Part shown: piece after piece, positions 28,101 through 30,113 of the stretch | Position numbering within the stretch: the stretch's first letter is position 1 | How the letters are laid out: the number at the start of each line of letters is the position of its first letter | Virus record (IMG/VR): IMGVR_UViG_3300032360_000035 | Location: 1 to 30,113 of that record | Strand: one strand, 5' to 3' | Source of the DNA: a virus | Taxonomy: Duplodnaviria > Caudoviricetes | Length of the DNA stretch: 30,113 nt | Notes under the pieces: model-generated | What the model was told of the DNA's origin: nothing | What the model saw: only the letters and a program-made list of their open reading frames with translations | Databases searched by the model: none | Position numbers and translations under genes: made by a program

Positions 28101-30113
28101 TTCTACCTGGGCCGCGGTCAATTCACACGTATGTCCGTGGTCTGCTCCATTAACTGCATTAGGTTCTATAAGAAAAGAAGCAGAAAGTCCTTCTGGATTT
28201 TCCTCTAGTGAATATATGTGTCCTGAATCACCAGCCCAAGATGCACTCCAATCACCAAATATAAATTTACCTGCCATTCCAGTCAATAGAGAGCCTTGAT
28301 ATACAAAGCCACTAGTGATACTGATACCAGTTCCGTGACTATATTCGTGAATAGGATGTTTTAAATCATTTAAATATTCTGTCGTATTAGCATATTGTAG
28401 GTCAAGGGCGATTTGGTCTATGAGTGCTTGGTCCTCTTCGTAGTAGTGATATGCTTCCATCACTCTCCAACCATAGTTGCCACCTGATTCTATAATATTA
28501 ATTTCTTCAAACATATTTTGACCAACGTCTGCACACCATAGTCTGCCTTCGTTATCAAACGAGAAGCGCCAAGGATTACGTAATCCCATTGCAAATATCT
28601 CTGGTCTGAAATATACTAGACCAGTATCTCCATATAGTTTTGCATTAGCAAATGCGAATGGGTTATCTGCTGGAATTGTATACGGTACTCCGTTTACTGT
28701 ATCTTCTGTCGGGTCTATTCTAAGAATATTGCCGAGAAGATTAGATGGATTCTGTGCATTACCATAAAGCCCGTGTCCGCCGTGGCCGGTATTAGCAGAA
28801 GTATCTCCTGCATTCCCGCCATCTCCAATTCCAATATATAACATACCGTCTGGACCAAATATTACTTGACCACCGTTATGATTCATATCAGGCTGAGGAA
28901 TTTCCATAAGAATTCTTTCAGTCGAAATATCTACAGAAGCGCCTGCCACATTAGCAGTAAATTCTGAAATAACAGTAGTCGAAAGTGGATAACCGAAGGA
29001 ACCAGTTGCAGGTCCTTGTTCTGTCATATAAAAGATGTATAACTTACCATTATTTGCGTAGTCTGGATGGAATGTAAGACCCAATGCACCACGCTCATCG
29101 TAAGCACCAAACGGCCCTACTCCGATAACGTGTTGAATAGACGTTAAGTCAAAGAATCCTTCTGTAACACCAGTTGTTGTGTGTAATAGATAGATAAGTC
29201 CTGACTGGTCAACAATAGCAATTTTATCTGGGTCCATAGGATATGGTGTGATTGTCGCAATATCTGTTACTTGGTCTGTTACTAGAACACTACCAACTAA
29301 ATCGCCTGTATCACCAGAGCCTGGCACCGATTGTATAAAGTTACTTGAATATAATTCAACCCAGTCTACGTTTGGATTCAATGTTGCATCCCATACTTGA
29401 TTATGTTGGAATGTGAATGATGCTTCCCCTATAGAAGAGGCTACTGTCGCATCGTCTACAGAATTAAAGACGTTTTGTGGCCAAGGATTACCTGCGTAAT
29501 CGCTACCACCCATTATTGATGGCTCAACCGTTAATGCTGGTTTATAGTTGTAACATACCCAAGTCGTAACTGGAGTATAAACAAATCCGTGGGTTAATGC
29601 GTTTCCTTGAAAATCAGTTCCGGTTTGCCAGTTCAAATCATAAGTGACTGAATACTCGTGATAGTGGGCTGTTAGAACGCCCGCCCCGACATCAACTGTA
29701 CCCCCTTGGAATACGCCATTAGCATCGACATTTGGAGCACCATTATTAAGTTTTCCAATATTATCGTATAGAGTAACTGAGGCAACTACGCCATCAATTA
29801 AGTCTCTCGCTTGTGGCCTAGTTAGACAATCTGAAGTACGACCACGCTGTCTGTCTACAATTTGTGCTTCTTCAAACCAATGTTCGTGATTCGTTGCTTC
29901 TGGGATGAATGCTGTATCGTGCTTCAGTGCATAGAATTTTGGAATCTCAAAAGAATCTCTGTTTATTAATGCTCGTGTTTGTTCATAAGATAATGGTGCA
30001 GTAGTAGCCGTTTTGCCGTGAACAATTAAATTAGGTATCTCCACACCAGGAAACTCAAATTCGTGGACGTGAAATGCGGCCGCACCAACAGTCATATTCG
30101 GTAATTCAAGACC
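25119..30113 (-). CDS. 5'-truncated giant His-rich virion protein in the gp7 position, with an embedded PQQ-dependent glucose/sorbosone dehydrogenase-type beta-propeller
   Basis: The frame stays open beyond ATG 30095 to the window end (GLELPN-MTV...), so the true start is outside the window. About 20 HxH motifs. GSDH motifs ERGALGLTFHPDY, HNGGQVIFGPDGMLYIGIGDGG, GNILRID, IPADNPF, GLRNPWRFSFD, DVGQNMFEEIN, GGNYGW. Directly upstream of gp8. Confidence 0.75.
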   Translation of the reverse strand, partial: GLELPNMTVGAAAFHVHEFEFPGVEIPNLIVHGKTATTAPLSYEQTRALINRDSFEIPKFYALKHDTAFIPEATNHEHWFEEAQIVDRQRGRTSDCLTRPQARDLIDGVVASVTLYDNIGKLNNGAPNVDANGVFQGGTVDVGAGVLTAHYHEYSVTYDLNWQTGTDFQGNALTHGFVYTPVTTWVCYNYKPALTVEPSIMGGSDYAGNPWPQNVFNSVDDATVASSIGEASFTFQHNQVWDATLNPNVDWVELYSSNFIQSVPGSGDTGDLVGSVLVTDQVTDIATITPYPMDPDKIAIVDQSGLIYLLHTTTGVTEGFFDLTSIQHVIGVGPFGAYDERGALGLTFHPDYANNGKLYIFYMTEQGPATGSFGYPLSTTVISEFTANVAGASVDISTERILMEIPQPDMNHNGGQVIFGPDGMLYIGIGDGGNAGDTSANTGHGGHGLYGNAQNPSNLLGNILRIDPTEDTVNGVPYTIPADNPFAFANAKLYGDTGLVYFRPEIFAMGLRNPWRFSFDNEGRLWCADVGQNMFEEINIIESGGNYGWRVMEAYHYYEEDQALIDQIALDLQYANTTEYLNDLKHPIHEYSHGTGISITSGFVYQGSLLTGMAGKFIFGDWSASWAGDSGHIYSLEENPEGLSASFLIEPNAVNGADHGHTCELTAAQVESLQANPGTTAVVVQSDSTHANLYTHTFTIMWNSTFNQWNLLTQTNPENHDVFTFVEYSGAVGWTRKALSFWDPVTQIVTLTTHNKSLLTMGEDTSGEIYLSTRLGINTFQGSGPNNTAIYKLTETFDSSTETPAQAQIPASEMAHVHGYEVTYDSVAETFTANEISDWEMSTWDAFFPIWELNDPASHVHPVISSWSAVLDTQTQIGSSAGWHYNEETGVWEPYDIGADTPWQPEVEGGDGAVYIETAPIVEILGAHEYGENTHTHYFDSSDLDTFGANSDRIAVPITRVQAEQLANGVVNYVYVYSSLQDSGQHVHYHQYKIMWNLSTQQFVADEIAEMWDVGGTGEYTAVDEISRTHEHSLAVNGILTHLGWNGTPLYTAPDITLAHAHDWDELQGSEVDHLHSFNNTVLDTIGANAGRQSIPLDDNQTTDLINGEVDEVIIYSSVGTGDHYHAIKITYNTNLLAFIAQDIEKWSSSDGLQFYLEAPATHAHPTLVQNSASISGYNEMMVIMPVFGSPGYPYPGGSHPHFHNNTIVGPFAWNNEIAYAKGLTVDEAMQLIDGIEDSITIYDSIEGAHFHEYIIKWDDPNDVFYVESSITWIRGGIEDALQDPSKYYVSAVENESEGLHWHNLTIDWNPLLNAPGSEQQEGGSIYITKVETSDEVLSSAPNITTEVTSTELSPVSTTYPDTPGPGDTTIIITYSDLVTTTETTTTQITTTTTTVTFFSDYATETVVGSPVITYDTSQTVSSQTVEDLTERKTYINTILQANQPPILHIQPSFIEGEGSHDHLLYEDCELDTSGQYAGRMCEPITLSQANELINEQNANYGIIFFDSPNGADSHYHAYTIKFNPYANAGVGEFVVDGISQYDIIPGTGTTVHTFLLSGGYHDHDYWMSVAEYVSLLTGTYVTTPQRDDTHAASYTHELVLEWDGATYNIISQSSDYDNHNLISYTGSVPQGGEWLQSTAGGGLGDHEHSVVIDETDVWPKDPS

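Noticed and set aside
18-28299. Numerous plus-strand ORFs (e.g. 18-548, 16283-16765, 17711-18031) and short alternative-frame minus ORFs
   Set aside because: They lie antisense to or inside well-supported genes, lack recognisable motifs, and look like codon-bias shadows.
27735-29270. GSDH and cupredoxin domains as stand-alone auxiliary metabolic genes or host contamination
   Set aside because: They are in-frame parts of giant ORFs in the late structural cluster and share its composition and GATC avoidance.
30093-30095. ATG 30095 as the start of the His-rich protein
   Set aside because: There is no RBS and the frame stays open to the window edge, so the gene is truncated.
1-30113. tRNA, rRNA, CRISPR array, intron/intein or IS element
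   Set aside because: Intergenic gaps are under ~140 bp. I saw no cloverleaf, spaced repeats, transposase or homing-endonuclease motifs.

Overview
This window is a ~30 kb fragment of a large T4-like myovirus (marine cyanophage/pelagiphage-like gene order), and all credible genes are on the minus strand. In transcription order: (1) a 5'-truncated giant His-rich protein in the gp7 slot that contains a PQQ-dependent sugar-dehydrogenase-type beta-propeller; (2) baseplate wedge gp8; (3) a DUF4815/VrlC-like virion protein; (4) two small conserved proteins; (5) two very large mosaic virion/fibre proteins (2563 and 1192 aa) with cupredoxin folds, HxH modules and Cys-Trp repeats; (6) two tandem paralogous pairs of a Cys/Gly-rich adhesin-like protein plus a tail-fibre assembly chaperone; (7) after a terminator and a dual sigma70/late promoter, a GT9-like glycosyltransferase, a NodU/CmcH carbamoyltransferase and a truncated ORF. 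T4-type late promoters (TATAAATA) precede most transcription units. The most striking signals are an apparently metal- or redox-loaded virion apparatus built from shuffled modules, 'Russian-doll' nested Cys-Trp repeats related to the gp8 Cys loop, and apparent complete avoidance of GATC (and seemingly AGCT and CATG). All family assignments come from motif recognition by eye, not from database searches.
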